Below are positions 39,727 through 49,187 of a stretch of DNA of 64,000 nt, one piece after another. Numbering within the stretch: position 1 is the stretch's first letter; every line of letters starts with the position of its first letter. The stretch is from Candidatus Zixiibacteriota bacterium. GTDB taxonomy: Bacteria > Zixibacteria > MSB-5A5 > UBA10806 > 4484-95. The translations under genes and the position numbers were made by a program. Location of the stretch: the NCBI GenBank assembly GCA_037441845.1, contig JBBIRK010000002.1, positions 32,001-96,000 of the forward strand, written 5' to 3'. The notes beneath the pieces are model-generated. The model saw only the letters and a program-made list of their open reading frames with translations, made no database searches and was not told where the DNA came from.

Positions 39727-42390
39727 CTACTTGATTATCACGAACTTGCCGATTTCGGGTTCCTTGTCAGGAACACCGTCGACAATCGATTTGAATTCGA
39801 CCGAGTATAGATACATTCCCGATACCACGGCTTGAGTGTTGCGCGAAATAAGATCCCAATATATGATTCCGGGCGGATTGCCGTAGTAATCGCGCGGATC
39901 ATAAGTCAACACCCTCACCAAATCGCCGTCGAGAGTCCAGATCCGGAATATCGCCGTCTGATTGTCGGGCAGATTTGAAAAGTATATCTTCCTACTCTGC
40001 TCCACCCAAGCCGGCGAATCCATTATCTCGTATTCCTCATAGAGGCTGTTTCCCACCTTGGGAAGTTTATAGGGATTGGGATAGACCATGATCGGATCGT
40101 TTTTCTCGATCGGGTAGATCAAAGTAGCGTTGATCGACTTGGCAGATTCGATCGGGGAAAGATCGGTTTGCGGATTGCCGAAATCGAACGAAGTTACGGC
40201 ATAATAAACGCCGCGCGACTCCGATAACCCCTCGGCCCGATATCGGTAATGTATAATCGTGTCGCCGTCCACGTAGGTCGTATCGTAAATAATCGGTTCC
40301 AGTCCGGTGTTATAGCCGTGAGCTATCCAGTAACGGGTCACGCTCGGATCCGTCGGCACACCGAAATGAGCGTCAGGTTCCAGCGTCAATACGCTGTCCG
40401 TGCTGATCGGGAATATCTTTTCTTTGTTCGTGGTCCAGAAATAACTCCAATTCCCCGAGGTATCCTGCAGACTGTCCCACGATACCGGCACCCAATCTAT
40501 CTTGTCGAGTTTCAGTATGTTGGTCCAATTGACTCCATCGTAAGAACGATAGACGCCGTAGCCTTCGAAATCGACCTGTCCGCTGAAGGGATCGATGAAT
40601 TCCTCGGGCCCCGGCGATGTCGCGGTTCCGCCGATATTTTTGCCGGTCCAGGTCAATTCCATGTAACCTTTGCCGGCCTGCACTTGAAGCCGCGGCGATG
40701 GCGGCGGAGGCGGTCCCTGAAAATCCGGGCAGCCATCGCCTTCCTTCCAGAATATGGTGGTATCGACACCGGTGATCGTGGTCTCGGCCTCGCCATAATT
40801 GCCATCGACCACCCAACCGATTGAATCGATATAACAGGAATCGCGCCCGGGGTTGTCGAAAACCCATTCCGCCCACTGCGCATTGGTGGCGAAATCGCGG
40901 AAATTCAAATTGGCGTAATACTGGTCGATCATGGCGCGATTGCCCGTGCCGTTGCGCAAATTGTTATTGTAATTAGCGGGATTGTTATGCAGGTAATTGC
41001 CGCAAATGTAGCCGATAGTCAACGGCAGAGTCGAGCCGGCCGGTATCGAATCGAACGGGCCGAACGAGAACAAATACCGCGTATCATATCCGTTGGCCAG
41101 ATTGGCGGGCTCTTGAGCGTTGTTCGCAATCCAATCTTGATTCTGCCATCCGTCGTTGTTCAACGCCGAATATGCCTGATCGTAGTCGAACTCATGATTC
41201 GACATCTGGAAATATTTGGCTCGATCGCCACCGGGGGTTCCCAGTCCACCTCCCGGGAAAACCGGCACGCCGAACAACGAGCTCAGCCGGTTATAGTTCG
41301 ACTGCCACATCGGCCCCCAATCGAGCGCCGATGTCGTATTGGAAATCCACCAGTTGAAACCATATTGGAGATCTCCGGGCCCGCGCACTACTCTGACACC
41401 CGAAACTCCTCGAGGTGAAAGATCGCTGAATGCGGCTCCTGCCCCGCCTACGGTTTGGCCGTCGTTATCGGCGATCCAGGCTGTATATATCTGAGTCGTA
41501 TCGCGCTGGTTGCGGGAGATGTAATCCTGCATGAATCCGCAGAGATCATCCTGCGCCCCTTGTTCGCTTCCGTAGGGATTTTCCGACATATGCAGCACGT
41601 CACCATCGACATAAAGGGCGATCCACACGTCCCTCAAAGGCTTATCGCCTATGTTGGTGATTTCGAAATCCAGAAGAATGAAATCTTCCGCATACTCGTA
41701 CGACCAAGAGTAGCTCTTCTGAATTATGCGTAAGCCGAGCGGTCGGTGATCCCTGCCGTCATTGGGATCGGGGACCGGAATCGATGAACTGGTGTCGTAA
41801 TAAACTGCGATATAGTCCTGCTCGGACACCGCCTTGAAATCGCGGTTGCCGGTGTCGTAAAGCAGCTTTCCGATCGTATCCGCCAGCGGCAATCCCCGGG
41901 TCGAAAGCATCAGGATATTGCCGCCCGGAGGAGCCGACGGAAACATCTCGTAAACATCGCCCCACCAACCATCGTTGCCGATCGATACCAGCGTATCGTA
42001 AACGGTGGGCGTGGTATTCGGCCGTTCGACCACCGCCCCGATCCAGAGACATCCCTGAAATAGATAATCGATATTCGAACCGGCCGGAAATTCACACGAC
42101 TCGGCGGGCAAACCGGTCAGCGAATCGATCTCCTCCTGCCCCTGACTGCCGAAAATCCCCTTGTTGGTTATCGAAAACTGCACATTGGATATCCGGTGCA
42201 CCCGCAATTGAGTATTCGGTCCCACCGCCGGTTTCAAAAGCGGTCCTGATCCCCCCTGGCCGCGATCCCTCATCGCTCTGGCCGAACCGTCGGGAGCCGC
42301 CAGCATCACCACAAGCAAGGCGATAACCGCCCAAAACGCGCCGGCGGCGAATAATCGCCATGACTTATTCTTAGGTTTTTCTATCATCAT
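39727..42390 (-). CDS. Exported protein with FN3-like domain and T9SS type-A-like C-terminal sorting domain
   Basis: Signal peptide; CEFPAGS..YLFQGCLWIGA; C-terminal VYPNPY..IYFSNLP..RIWTLDGDLV..WDL..VSGMYLY..GKFVIIK. Confidence 0.8.
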   Translation of the reverse strand: MMIEKPKNKSWRLFAAGAFWAVIALLVVMLAAPDGSARAMRDRGQGGSGPLLKPAVGPNTQLRVHRISNVQFSITNKGIFGSQGQEEIDSLTGLPAESCEFPAGSNIDYLFQGCLWIGAVVERPNTTPTVYDTLVSIGNDGWWGDVYEMFPSAPPGGNILMLSTRGLPLADTIGKLLYDTGNRDFKAVSEQDYIAVYYDTSSSIPVPDPNDGRDHRPLGLRIIQKSYSWSYEYAEDFILLDFEITNIGDKPLRDVWIALYVDGDVLHMSENPYGSEQGAQDDLCGFMQDYISRNQRDTTQIYTAWIADNDGQTVGGAGAAFSDLSPRGVSGVRVVRGPGDLQYGFNWWISNTTSALDWGPMWQSNYNRLSSLFGVPVFPGGGLGTPGGDRAKYFQMSNHEFDYDQAYSALNNDGWQNQDWIANNAQEPANLANGYDTRYLFSFGPFDSIPAGSTLPLTIGYICGNYLHNNPANYNNNLRNGTGNRAMIDQYYANLNFRDFATNAQWAEWVFDNPGRDSCYIDSIGWVVDGNYGEAETTITGVDTTIFWKEGDGCPDFQGPPPPPSPRLQVQAGKGYMELTWTGKNIGGTATSPGPEEFIDPFSGQVDFEGYGVYRSYDGVNWTNILKLDKIDWVPVSWDSLQDTSGNWSYFWTTNKEKIFPISTDSVLTLEPDAHFGVPTDPSVTRYWIAHGYNTGLEPIIYDTTYVDGDTIIHYRYRAEGLSESRGVYYAVTSFDFGNPQTDLSPIESAKSINATLIYPIEKNDPIMVYPNPYKLPKVGNSLYEEYEIMDSPAWVEQSRKIYFSNLPDNQTAIFRIWTLDGDLVRVLTYDPRDYYGNPPGIIYWDLISRNTQAVVSGMYLYSVEFKSIVDGVPDKEPEIGKFVIIK

Positions 42391-42428
42391 TACCTCCCAA
42401 TATCGATGTAAGGTTTACTCACAGTCGA

Positions 42429-45400
42429 TTAAAATTGCACCGACAGCCCGATCATGATCTGACGTCCATTCGTGTAGTCCGTCGGATCCATATCGATATA
42501 GTTGCCGGTTCTGATCTGGCCTTGGTCGCTTATGCTGGTGTAGGCCAGCCCGGTCGCCCCGGAAACATCATCGATATTTTTGTTGTCGAAAGCGTTATTG
42601 ATCAAGACCGAGGCGGTGTAGTTCATTCCATAAACCTGGAATTTCTTGTCGAATCTTACATCGACCGAGGAAGTCGGCGGCATCCGCTTGGAATTGACCG
42701 GCGGATCCTGATTACGGGTCAGCATCAAGCCCGGATAAGAGGCATCCGGAGTGAACGGACGGCCGCTCTTGTAAAGCCAAAGCAGGTTTATACTCCAATC
42801 GTCCGGCAGCTTGAATATGCCGAACCGCGGATGTTCACCTTTGGCTACGTTCAAAGTGGCGTTGAAAGTGATATTGTGTCTGATATCCCAATCAAGAGGA
42901 TTTTCCTTGATTGAAATTTTCCCCTGACGGAATCTGATATAGTAGTCGGATCGGTCGTCCGAGCTCTTGCCGAAAGCGAACGTATATTCGTATTTGATCG
43001 AACCTGCCAGGAATTGACCGTAACGTTTCTCGAATTCGAGCTCCATGCCGCGCGCCCGCGAATAATCGACGTTGGAATGAACCTCCGCCGATCCGCTCGA
43101 CAACCCCACCGGCACGGTGTTGAGCAATCCGTATTGGTCTTTGTAATAGCCGGATATATCCAGCCGGTATCCCTCAGAGATTGCATATTGAACGCCGACC
43201 TCGTAAAGAATCGTCTTTTCGTAGTCGAGATTGGGATTGCCGATCAACCGGGCTGCGCCGATTCGGTTCTGAGTGGCGCGCTGATAATATTTGGAATACC
43301 CCGGCTTCTGGTAAAAATGGCCGTAGTTGAACATCAGTTTCGCTTTGTCCGATATGGGGAATGCGAACCCGACGCGCGGCGCCCATTTGTTCTGGGAATC
43401 GATGATCAGGCGATCGGTTCCCTCGATGGCCAAAGTGGCGCTGTCCTTGGCCTCCCGTGCCTGAACGAAAAATTCATAACGGATACCGATATCGGCGATC
43501 ATCTCCCCGAATTCCATCTTGTCTTTTATATAGAATGCGCCGTCTCTGGGTGTGCGCACGTAGAAATCACGGAATACGCCTTTGGAATAGGTCTTGTAAA
43601 TCGCCGTATCCGCGATACTGTCGCCGTCAAGGTCTCTCAACTCGATCAGCCTGGTGATATTCGACCAAGGTCCATCGTCCGGCGGGCCGTTGTAATCGCG
43701 ATACGGATACTGCAGATCTTCGAGTTTTATATTATAGAAATTGAATTCGAAACCCGATTTCAAACCATGATGTCGGGTAACCTGGCTGGTCAAATCGAAT
43801 TTCAGAGTTCTGGTGCGCGTGTAATCGTAATGATACTGCGCCCATTGATCGAATCCATAATCCCAGAAATCGTCCGATCCGTCCCAGCGTCCGTTGCCGT
43901 TCATATCGTCGAACTGCTCGCCTAAATCGTAGCGCATATTCGGGGCATCATAGCGTCCGTTCAGATTTCGGTCTATATACGGGATTCCTTCCGACCAGGG
44001 ATCGCCCGGTCCGGTGTAGCGGCCGTTGTGATCCAGATCGTTGGTCGGCTCCCACCTGTCGATCCCGAGGTCGAATCGACCGTTGCCGTTCAAATCGACG
44101 AAGGGTTCGCCCAGGCTCGAATCGCCGTCCACGTAAGGTTCGGGCAGATCGATATTATACTGATAGCCGAGTTGCGGGTCGTAAACGCCGTTACCGTGGC
44201 GCACCCGGGAGGAGTCGACGAAATAATAGGTCGAATCGCCGTCGTCGTAGATTCCGTTTCCGTTGACATCCACATAATTGACGTCATAGAAAATATATTC
44301 CGCTTCGTCGCGAAGACCGTTGCCGTTCAGATCCTGGAATGGCTCGCCAGGATCCCATTCGCCGTTTTGATTCAAATCGGTATACGGTTCGGCGGCGTCC
44401 CAGCGACCGTTGTCGTTGGCATCCCAGTAAAACTCCCAGCCATACTGCTCTATCGGAACGTAGAAATTGCTGGGCGATAAATTCCCGGGCCGCCTCTCGT
44501 AAGTCTGAACCACTTCGCTGTAAAGAATTTCGCCATACGAATCTTTGAGGAACGGCGGGCTGAACTGCAATCCTATCGAACCGACCTCGGTGGAGGATTT
44601 CAGCACCGTCGCATTCTGCGGATTGTATAGATAGGCCCAAGTGAACGATCGAGCCCTATCCCAATCCTTGCTATAGCGAAGGTTCAACTTGTAACGGGAG
44701 TTGGCATCCATCTTCCAGGTTAATTTGGCCAGGCCGTTGTATTTGTTAACCCGGCGGTTGGGTATCTCCATGCCGAGAAAACTTTCGTGGCCGTAGCTTA
44801 TTTTGGATCTCGTCGAGGGAAAATCGTTGTAATCGACGAAACCGTCATACTTGTCGACATTGAAACTCGCATAGTACGACATGTTTTCACCGGGCCATTT
44901 GAGTCCCAGCGCCGGGAAAATATCGGTCGCCAAAAGCGGCAACGGACCGCTTATGTTCATCTCCAGTCGATCTTGATTGAAAGAATATTTATTGAGGCTG
45001 CGGTCGCCCAGATCATCGGTCAGATAACCGGCGCCGAACGTGGTGATCCGGTTGGAACCTTCTTTGCGCTGAGTGGCGATAATGCCGCCGGCTGCGTTGC
45101 CGTATTCGGCAGAATAATTCCCTTTCATGATCGCCAGATCTTCGACGTCCGATGCCGAAAAATTCATCGACAAGCGGGCGATCGGGGTGGCGTCGTTGCC
45201 GCCGATCTTGACGCTGCCGTAGCCGCCCAGATGGTCTTTGATCAGGACGCCGTCATCGACAAGCCCGATCTCGCCGGCGCGCGATCCCCTGACATGGAGC
45301 GCGCCGCCCTGCGACACGAATCCGGTCTGGGTTTTGATCACGCCCTCGATATTGGTCACCGGCAACGCCTTGATTTTGTCGGCACTGATTCTCTCGACCG

Positions 45401-45797
45401 TGCTGACCTCGAATTTGTCGATTTCCGGTCTGGTGCCGACCACCACCACACTGTCGCCGGGCAATGCCTCGGATACCAATTTGAAATCCTGTTCCGTGGT
45501 GACATCGGCGTTAACCATCACGTTGGTCACAGTCGTTTTCTTGTAACCGATACAATCGGATACTAATGTATAAACCCCCGGAGGAACGTTAAGAATCACA
45601 TAAGAACCATCGATCGGGCTGACCAACGCACCCATCGAGGTTCCCTGAATCATCACCCGAGCACCGGGCACCGGAAGCTTGGTTTGATTATCGGTGACCA
45701 CCCCGCTTATTTTACCGGTGGTCCCCGAAAACAGCAGCGGCGCCGAAAGCAACAGGGCTATGATCGCGGCAAGGCCTGTCAGCCTTAAAAATCTCAT
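42429..45797 (-). CDS. TonB-dependent receptor with N-terminal carboxypeptidase-regulatory-like domain and an internal Ca-binding repeat insert
   Basis: GTTGKISGVVTD, plug HVRGSR..SAEYGNAAGGI, APRVGFAFP, GNPNLDYEKT, C-terminal Phe. Confidence 0.9.
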   Translation of the reverse strand: MRFLRLTGLAAIIALLLSAPLLFSGTTGKISGVVTDNQTKLPVPGARVMIQGTSMGALVSPIDGSYVILNVPPGVYTLVSDCIGYKKTTVTNVMVNADVTTEQDFKLVSEALPGDSVVVVGTRPEIDKFEVSTVERISADKIKALPVTNIEGVIKTQTGFVSQGGALHVRGSRAGEIGLVDDGVLIKDHLGGYGSVKIGGNDATPIARLSMNFSASDVEDLAIMKGNYSAEYGNAAGGIIATQRKEGSNRITTFGAGYLTDDLGDRSLNKYSFNQDRLEMNISGPLPLLATDIFPALGLKWPGENMSYYASFNVDKYDGFVDYNDFPSTRSKISYGHESFLGMEIPNRRVNKYNGLAKLTWKMDANSRYKLNLRYSKDWDRARSFTWAYLYNPQNATVLKSSTEVGSIGLQFSPPFLKDSYGEILYSEVVQTYERRPGNLSPSNFYVPIEQYGWEFYWDANDNGRWDAAEPYTDLNQNGEWDPGEPFQDLNGNGLRDEAEYIFYDVNYVDVNGNGIYDDGDSTYYFVDSSRVRHGNGVYDPQLGYQYNIDLPEPYVDGDSSLGEPFVDLNGNGRFDLGIDRWEPTNDLDHNGRYTGPGDPWSEGIPYIDRNLNGRYDAPNMRYDLGEQFDDMNGNGRWDGSDDFWDYGFDQWAQYHYDYTRTRTLKFDLTSQVTRHHGLKSGFEFNFYNIKLEDLQYPYRDYNGPPDDGPWSNITRLIELRDLDGDSIADTAIYKTYSKGVFRDFYVRTPRDGAFYIKDKMEFGEMIADIGIRYEFFVQAREAKDSATLAIEGTDRLIIDSQNKWAPRVGFAFPISDKAKLMFNYGHFYQKPGYSKYYQRATQNRIGAARLIGNPNLDYEKTILYEVGVQYAISEGYRLDISGYYKDQYGLLNTVPVGLSSGSAEVHSNVDYSRARGMELEFEKRYGQFLAGSIKYEYTFAFGKSSDDRSDYYIRFRQGKISIKENPLDWDIRHNITFNATLNVAKGEHPRFGIFKLPDDWSINLLWLYKSGRPFTPDASYPGLMLTRNQDPPVNSKRMPPTSSVDVRFDKKFQVYGMNYTASVLINNAFDNKNIDDVSGATGLAYTSISDQGQIRTGNYIDMDPTDYTNGRQIMIGLSVQF
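43855..44425 (-). repeat. About eight DxNxNGxxD Ca-binding-type repeats inside the TonB-dependent receptor
   Basis: DANDNG, DLNQNG, DLNGNG, DVNGNG, DLNGNG, DLDHNG, DRNLNG, DMNGNG, often after EPF/EPY. Confidence 0.85.
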
Positions 45798-46193
45798 CCT
45801 GCAAACCTCCTGAAATTATTTATATCTTTGATTCAAAATAGTCCCGTAATCCGCAGGGCGATCTTTCCTTTTCTTACGATCCCTCTTGATTTTCCCCGAC
45901 CCTGCGTTCAATAATACAATCCACCCCCCGAAATATTTCAAGAATTTGCCCATTAACCGCATTAAAGTCAAGATAATTTTGGCCGTTTTCCGGTCGGTTA
46001 AACGGCTTTGAAATTCAAATTTCGATCGTGAGGACGGTTATAATGAAACTTATCGAATTCCGCCGATTCACACTGGGGGGAACCAAGGAAGCGGACAAAA
46101 TTCAAAAATGAAAGCGGCGGCCTTTTAAATGAATGGGCGTCGCGAATACCTTGAAATAATCGATCATGAATAAGCCGATCGATCGGGCAAATC

Positions 46194-46222
46194 AAAAACC
46201 CCGGCCGAAACCGGGGTTTTTT
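46194..46222 (-). terminator. Intrinsic terminator of the ECF operon (symmetric, could act both ways)
   Basis: AAAAACCCCGG-CCGAAA-CCGGGGTTTTT. Confidence 0.85.
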
Positions 46223-46266
46223 CAGGTAGGTGTGCGGATAATGCGGTTATTCGTCGTTTTTAAGTC

Positions 46267-46749
46267 TTATCTTGCGCCACGGCAAAAAGGTCTGTCGCAA
46301 TTGCCCCTGCCCATGCCAAATCCACGGCCCTCGCCGGGGCAATCACGATCGCGCATCCTGGCTTTACGCTCCATCCTATCGCCTTTGATTTTTTCGAACT
46401 TTGCCCGCTGTTCGGCATTCAACATCCCCAGCCGATCTATATTGCCGGCGAGTCTTTTTCTGGCCATTTCAGCTTTTATCGCCGAAATCTGCTCGCTCTT
46501 TTTCAGGGCTGCCGCCTTGTCGATCTTATCGGCCTGCATTATTTCCCTAAGGTCAAGTTTGGCCTTTTCCAGATCGGCCTTGAGTTGGATCCTTTCCCGC
46601 ATTTCGGCAGTCAGGCTTTTTTCCATTTGTTCCCTTTGCTGGTCGGTCAGCCCAATCTCATCGGCAAGGGCCAGAATCCTGCATTGGGCGGCTGCGGAGA
46701 CCGTGCCTATGGTCATGATTGCGATTAAAATTGCGGTTACGTATTTCAT
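46267..46749 (-). CDS. Spy/CpxP-family periplasmic protein
   Basis: Signal peptide; IGLTDQQREQM and LNAEQRAK (LTxxQ motifs). Confidence 0.8.
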   Translation of the reverse strand: MKYVTAILIAIMTIGTVSAAAQCRILALADEIGLTDQQREQMEKSLTAEMRERIQLKADLEKAKLDLREIMQADKIDKAAALKKSEQISAIKAEMARKRLAGNIDRLGMLNAEQRAKFEKIKGDRMERKARMRDRDCPGEGRGFGMGRGNCDRPFCRGAR

Positions 46750-46773
46750 TCAATCCTCCTGTCGTTTTCTTGA

Positions 46774-47304
46774 TTATTCGCCCGGCTCTCTGCCGAAATG
46801 CGGCGCCTTGGTTTCCCTGCGGATATCGCGCATGATCTCCTGCATCTGCTGCATGAACCGAACCTCGAACAGGTAAAGCCTGCCTATCTGCCTTGCGGTC
46901 AATATATTTTTCAGGTCCGCACGGAACTTAACCTTAAGCTGCTGAATTTCCTGATCCATGCCGTCGATTTTGTCCAGGCACTTGCTTATTTCGGCTTCAT
47001 TCGGTTTTTCCGCGGCGGTCAACTCATCGAGTTGCTCCATGACTCTTCGTTTTTCCTGTTCTATTTCCTCCCGCCGATTGAAAAAGCGGTTGTAAATCGG
47101 AAAGAATTTTTCGGATTGCTCCTGCGAAAGTTTGAGTTCTTCGGTCAACTTCCAGACTTTTATCGTCTTGATTCTCTCCCGGACTCTTTCCCGCATTCTA
47201 CCTTCCGGCGGCCCGGGCGTACCCGGCGGCCCTTGGGCCATAACCGGCGGCCCAATCGATAATAGAATGGTCATCACCGATATAAGTTTCAAAATAGTTC
47301 GCAT
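46774..47304 (-). CDS. Periplasmic helical protein (Spy/CpxP-like)
   Basis: Signal peptide; LKLSQEQSEKFFPIY and ILTARQIG motifs. Confidence 0.75.
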   Translation of the reverse strand: MRTILKLISVMTILLSIGPPVMAQGPPGTPGPPEGRMRERVRERIKTIKVWKLTEELKLSQEQSEKFFPIYNRFFNRREEIEQEKRRVMEQLDELTAAEKPNEAEISKCLDKIDGMDQEIQQLKVKFRADLKNILTARQIGRLYLFEVRFMQQMQEIMRDIRRETKAPHFGREPGE

Positions 47305-47308
47305 CTCT

Positions 47309-47875
47309 TCACCCCTTGTCATTCTTCAGTTCTTCGAGTTTGCTTTCCAATTTTTTAAGATCTTCGTCACCCATGCTTAGTATCAAATCTTCGTAGCCGA
47401 TCGTGAAAAATCCGCCCTGGCTTTCCAATTCCTGTTCAGCGGTTTCGATTTCCTGCGCCATTCCGTTTCCGAAAACGGCGGCGATCAAGCTCGAATACAT
47501 TTTCAGCGATTCGGCATACTCAACGATCCCGCCGTTCTGTCGAGACAGTTCATTTTTGGGGTTCCGTCCGAAAACGAAAACTAACAGCACGACCGCGACC
47601 GCCACCGCAGGCGCCAGGCGGTAAAACCATGCCCGATAAGCTTTCTTAACATCGATATTATTCAAAACCGCGGGCACGAAATCGTCCAGCTCGCCCGGCC
47701 CTAACTGGAAATCCGCCTGCTTATCCAAAAGCGCCAGCAGCGCCGCGTGAGTCTCGTATTCGGTTCGGCAATCACGGCAATCGTGCAGATGGGTTTTCAG
47801 TGCGCTCGAAATATGTTCGGCCGCTCTGCCTCGGACGAAATCGTCGAGATGTTCCTTGAACGCGCGGCAATTCAT
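47309..47875 (-). CDS. Zinc-finger (zf-HC2) anti-sigma factor
   Basis: MNC..HLHDCRDC (HxxxCxxC); single TM. Confidence 0.85.
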   Translation of the reverse strand: MNCRAFKEHLDDFVRGRAAEHISSALKTHLHDCRDCRTEYETHAALLALLDKQADFQLGPGELDDFVPAVLNNIDVKKAYRAWFYRLAPAVAVAVVLLVFVFGRNPKNELSRQNGGIVEYAESLKMYSSLIAAVFGNGMAQEIETAEQELESQGGFFTIGYEDLILSMGDEDLKKLESKLEELKNDKG

Positions 47876-48420
47876 GACACCAGGCTCCCTTCTTTCAGGT
47901 ATTGTCCCAGAGATACTCTGAGTTTTTGTATCGCCTGAAAATAGTTGGCCTTTACAGCCCCTTCGGTTATCGAAAGCAGCGAGGCTATTTCGTCGTTGCT
48001 TTTATCCTCATATTGGCGCAGCACGAATACCGCCCTCTGGCGCGCCGGTAACGCTCCTATCGCTTTATCGATCGCCCGCCGCAATTCATCGGTGACGATT
48101 TTCTGTTCTCGCGATTCACCCGGCTGCTCTTTGAGCTTCGGATCATCGAGCGAATAAGCCGAACGTTCCTGGTTTCGGTTGAGGAAATTTATCGCCAGAT
48201 TCACCGCGATACGGTAAACCCAGGTGTAAAAGCCCGATTCCGCACGGAACGACTGCCGATTGCGATAAGCCCGCACGAAAGCGTCTTGAGCTATATCTTT
48301 GGCGTCTTCTCGGTTGCCCACCATCCGCAGCACCACGGCGTAAATCCTTTCTTTGTAACGATTGACCAGTTCTCCAAAAGCTTTGTCATCTCCCGCTATG
48401 AACCCCTTGATTTCCTCCAT
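47872..48420 (-). CDS. ECF RNA polymerase sigma factor
   Basis: DAKDIAQDAFVRAY, FYTWVYRIAVN, LPARQRAVFVLR, EIASLLSITEGAVKA; start could be GTG 48447. Confidence 0.94.
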   Translation of the reverse strand: MEEIKGFIAGDDKAFGELVNRYKERIYAVVLRMVGNREDAKDIAQDAFVRAYRNRQSFRAESGFYTWVYRIAVNLAINFLNRNQERSAYSLDDPKLKEQPGESREQKIVTDELRRAIDKAIGALPARQRAVFVLRQYEDKSNDEIASLLSITEGAVKANYFQAIQKLRVSLGQYLKEGSLVS

Positions 48421-48534
48421 CTCATCTTTTCTCGATAGTTTTGACACTGAGAGCGCCCGCCGGTTTAAGATGATTTTAGACCGCCGCCGGCAATCGGTCA
48501 AGGGGAATCGGCGAACTCGATATATGTATTGCCG

Positions 48535-48981
48535 TTAGCTCGGGATCGAATTCATATCATCGGCGGCCAGATTATGCGCCGACCGGGGAACCTGAAGATG
48601 CAGATGGGCGCCGCCGCCCACATCGTGGAGGATAAGGTTGTAATAGGGACCCATTTTAAGATAGGTTGCAAAATGATTGAGCAACTTGACCAAAAAAACC
48701 GCCTGCAGATTACGAATCGAAATATCGATCGCCCGGGCCGGCAGTTCCCTATGCCCACTCGGTTTGTCCTGGCCGTATATGGCGATTTGAGATTGCCGGC
48801 TCCGGAAAATCTGGGTCGGTCGTAATTTCATTCCATGGATTGCGGCGAAAAGTCCGAGTTCGAGAAACAACGCCCGCAACCGTGGGTCGGTCCGCCGCGG
48901 ATCGATAAATTCCTGATAAAGACCCGATTCGGTAAAAATTATACCGGGTATTTCAACGGCCGGGTCGTAAGGCAACGCCAT
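48535..48981 (-). CDS. Putative M15/LAS-type zinc peptidase (endolysin-like)
   Basis: GGGAGG SD; TQIFRS..Q, SGHRELPARAIDIS (SxH..AxD), HLHLQV (HxH). Confidence 0.65.
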   Translation of the reverse strand: MALPYDPAVEIPGIIFTESGLYQEFIDPRRTDPRLRALFLELGLFAAIHGMKLRPTQIFRSRQSQIAIYGQDKPSGHRELPARAIDISIRNLQAVFLVKLLNHFATYLKMGPYYNLILHDVGGGAHLHLQVPRSAHNLAADDMNSIPS

Positions 48982-49187
48982 TTTCCACCTCCCAATAGCC
49001 GTTGCCGGGCAAAAAGCAATGCAAATCGCATTGATAATTGAAGCTTTCAATTTGTGGAGATGGAAAATATACTTGACACTTGTCTATTGCAATACTAATT
49101 TATTTTCATACGATAGCGCATACCTTTACTCCGGGAGGAATTTCATTGTATTTATCTGCGTAGTTTAACAGGCGGAAAGGCCAAGCC

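Noticed and set aside
38744..39835. 363-aa plus-strand ORF
   Set aside because: Antisense shadow of the PorV-like gene
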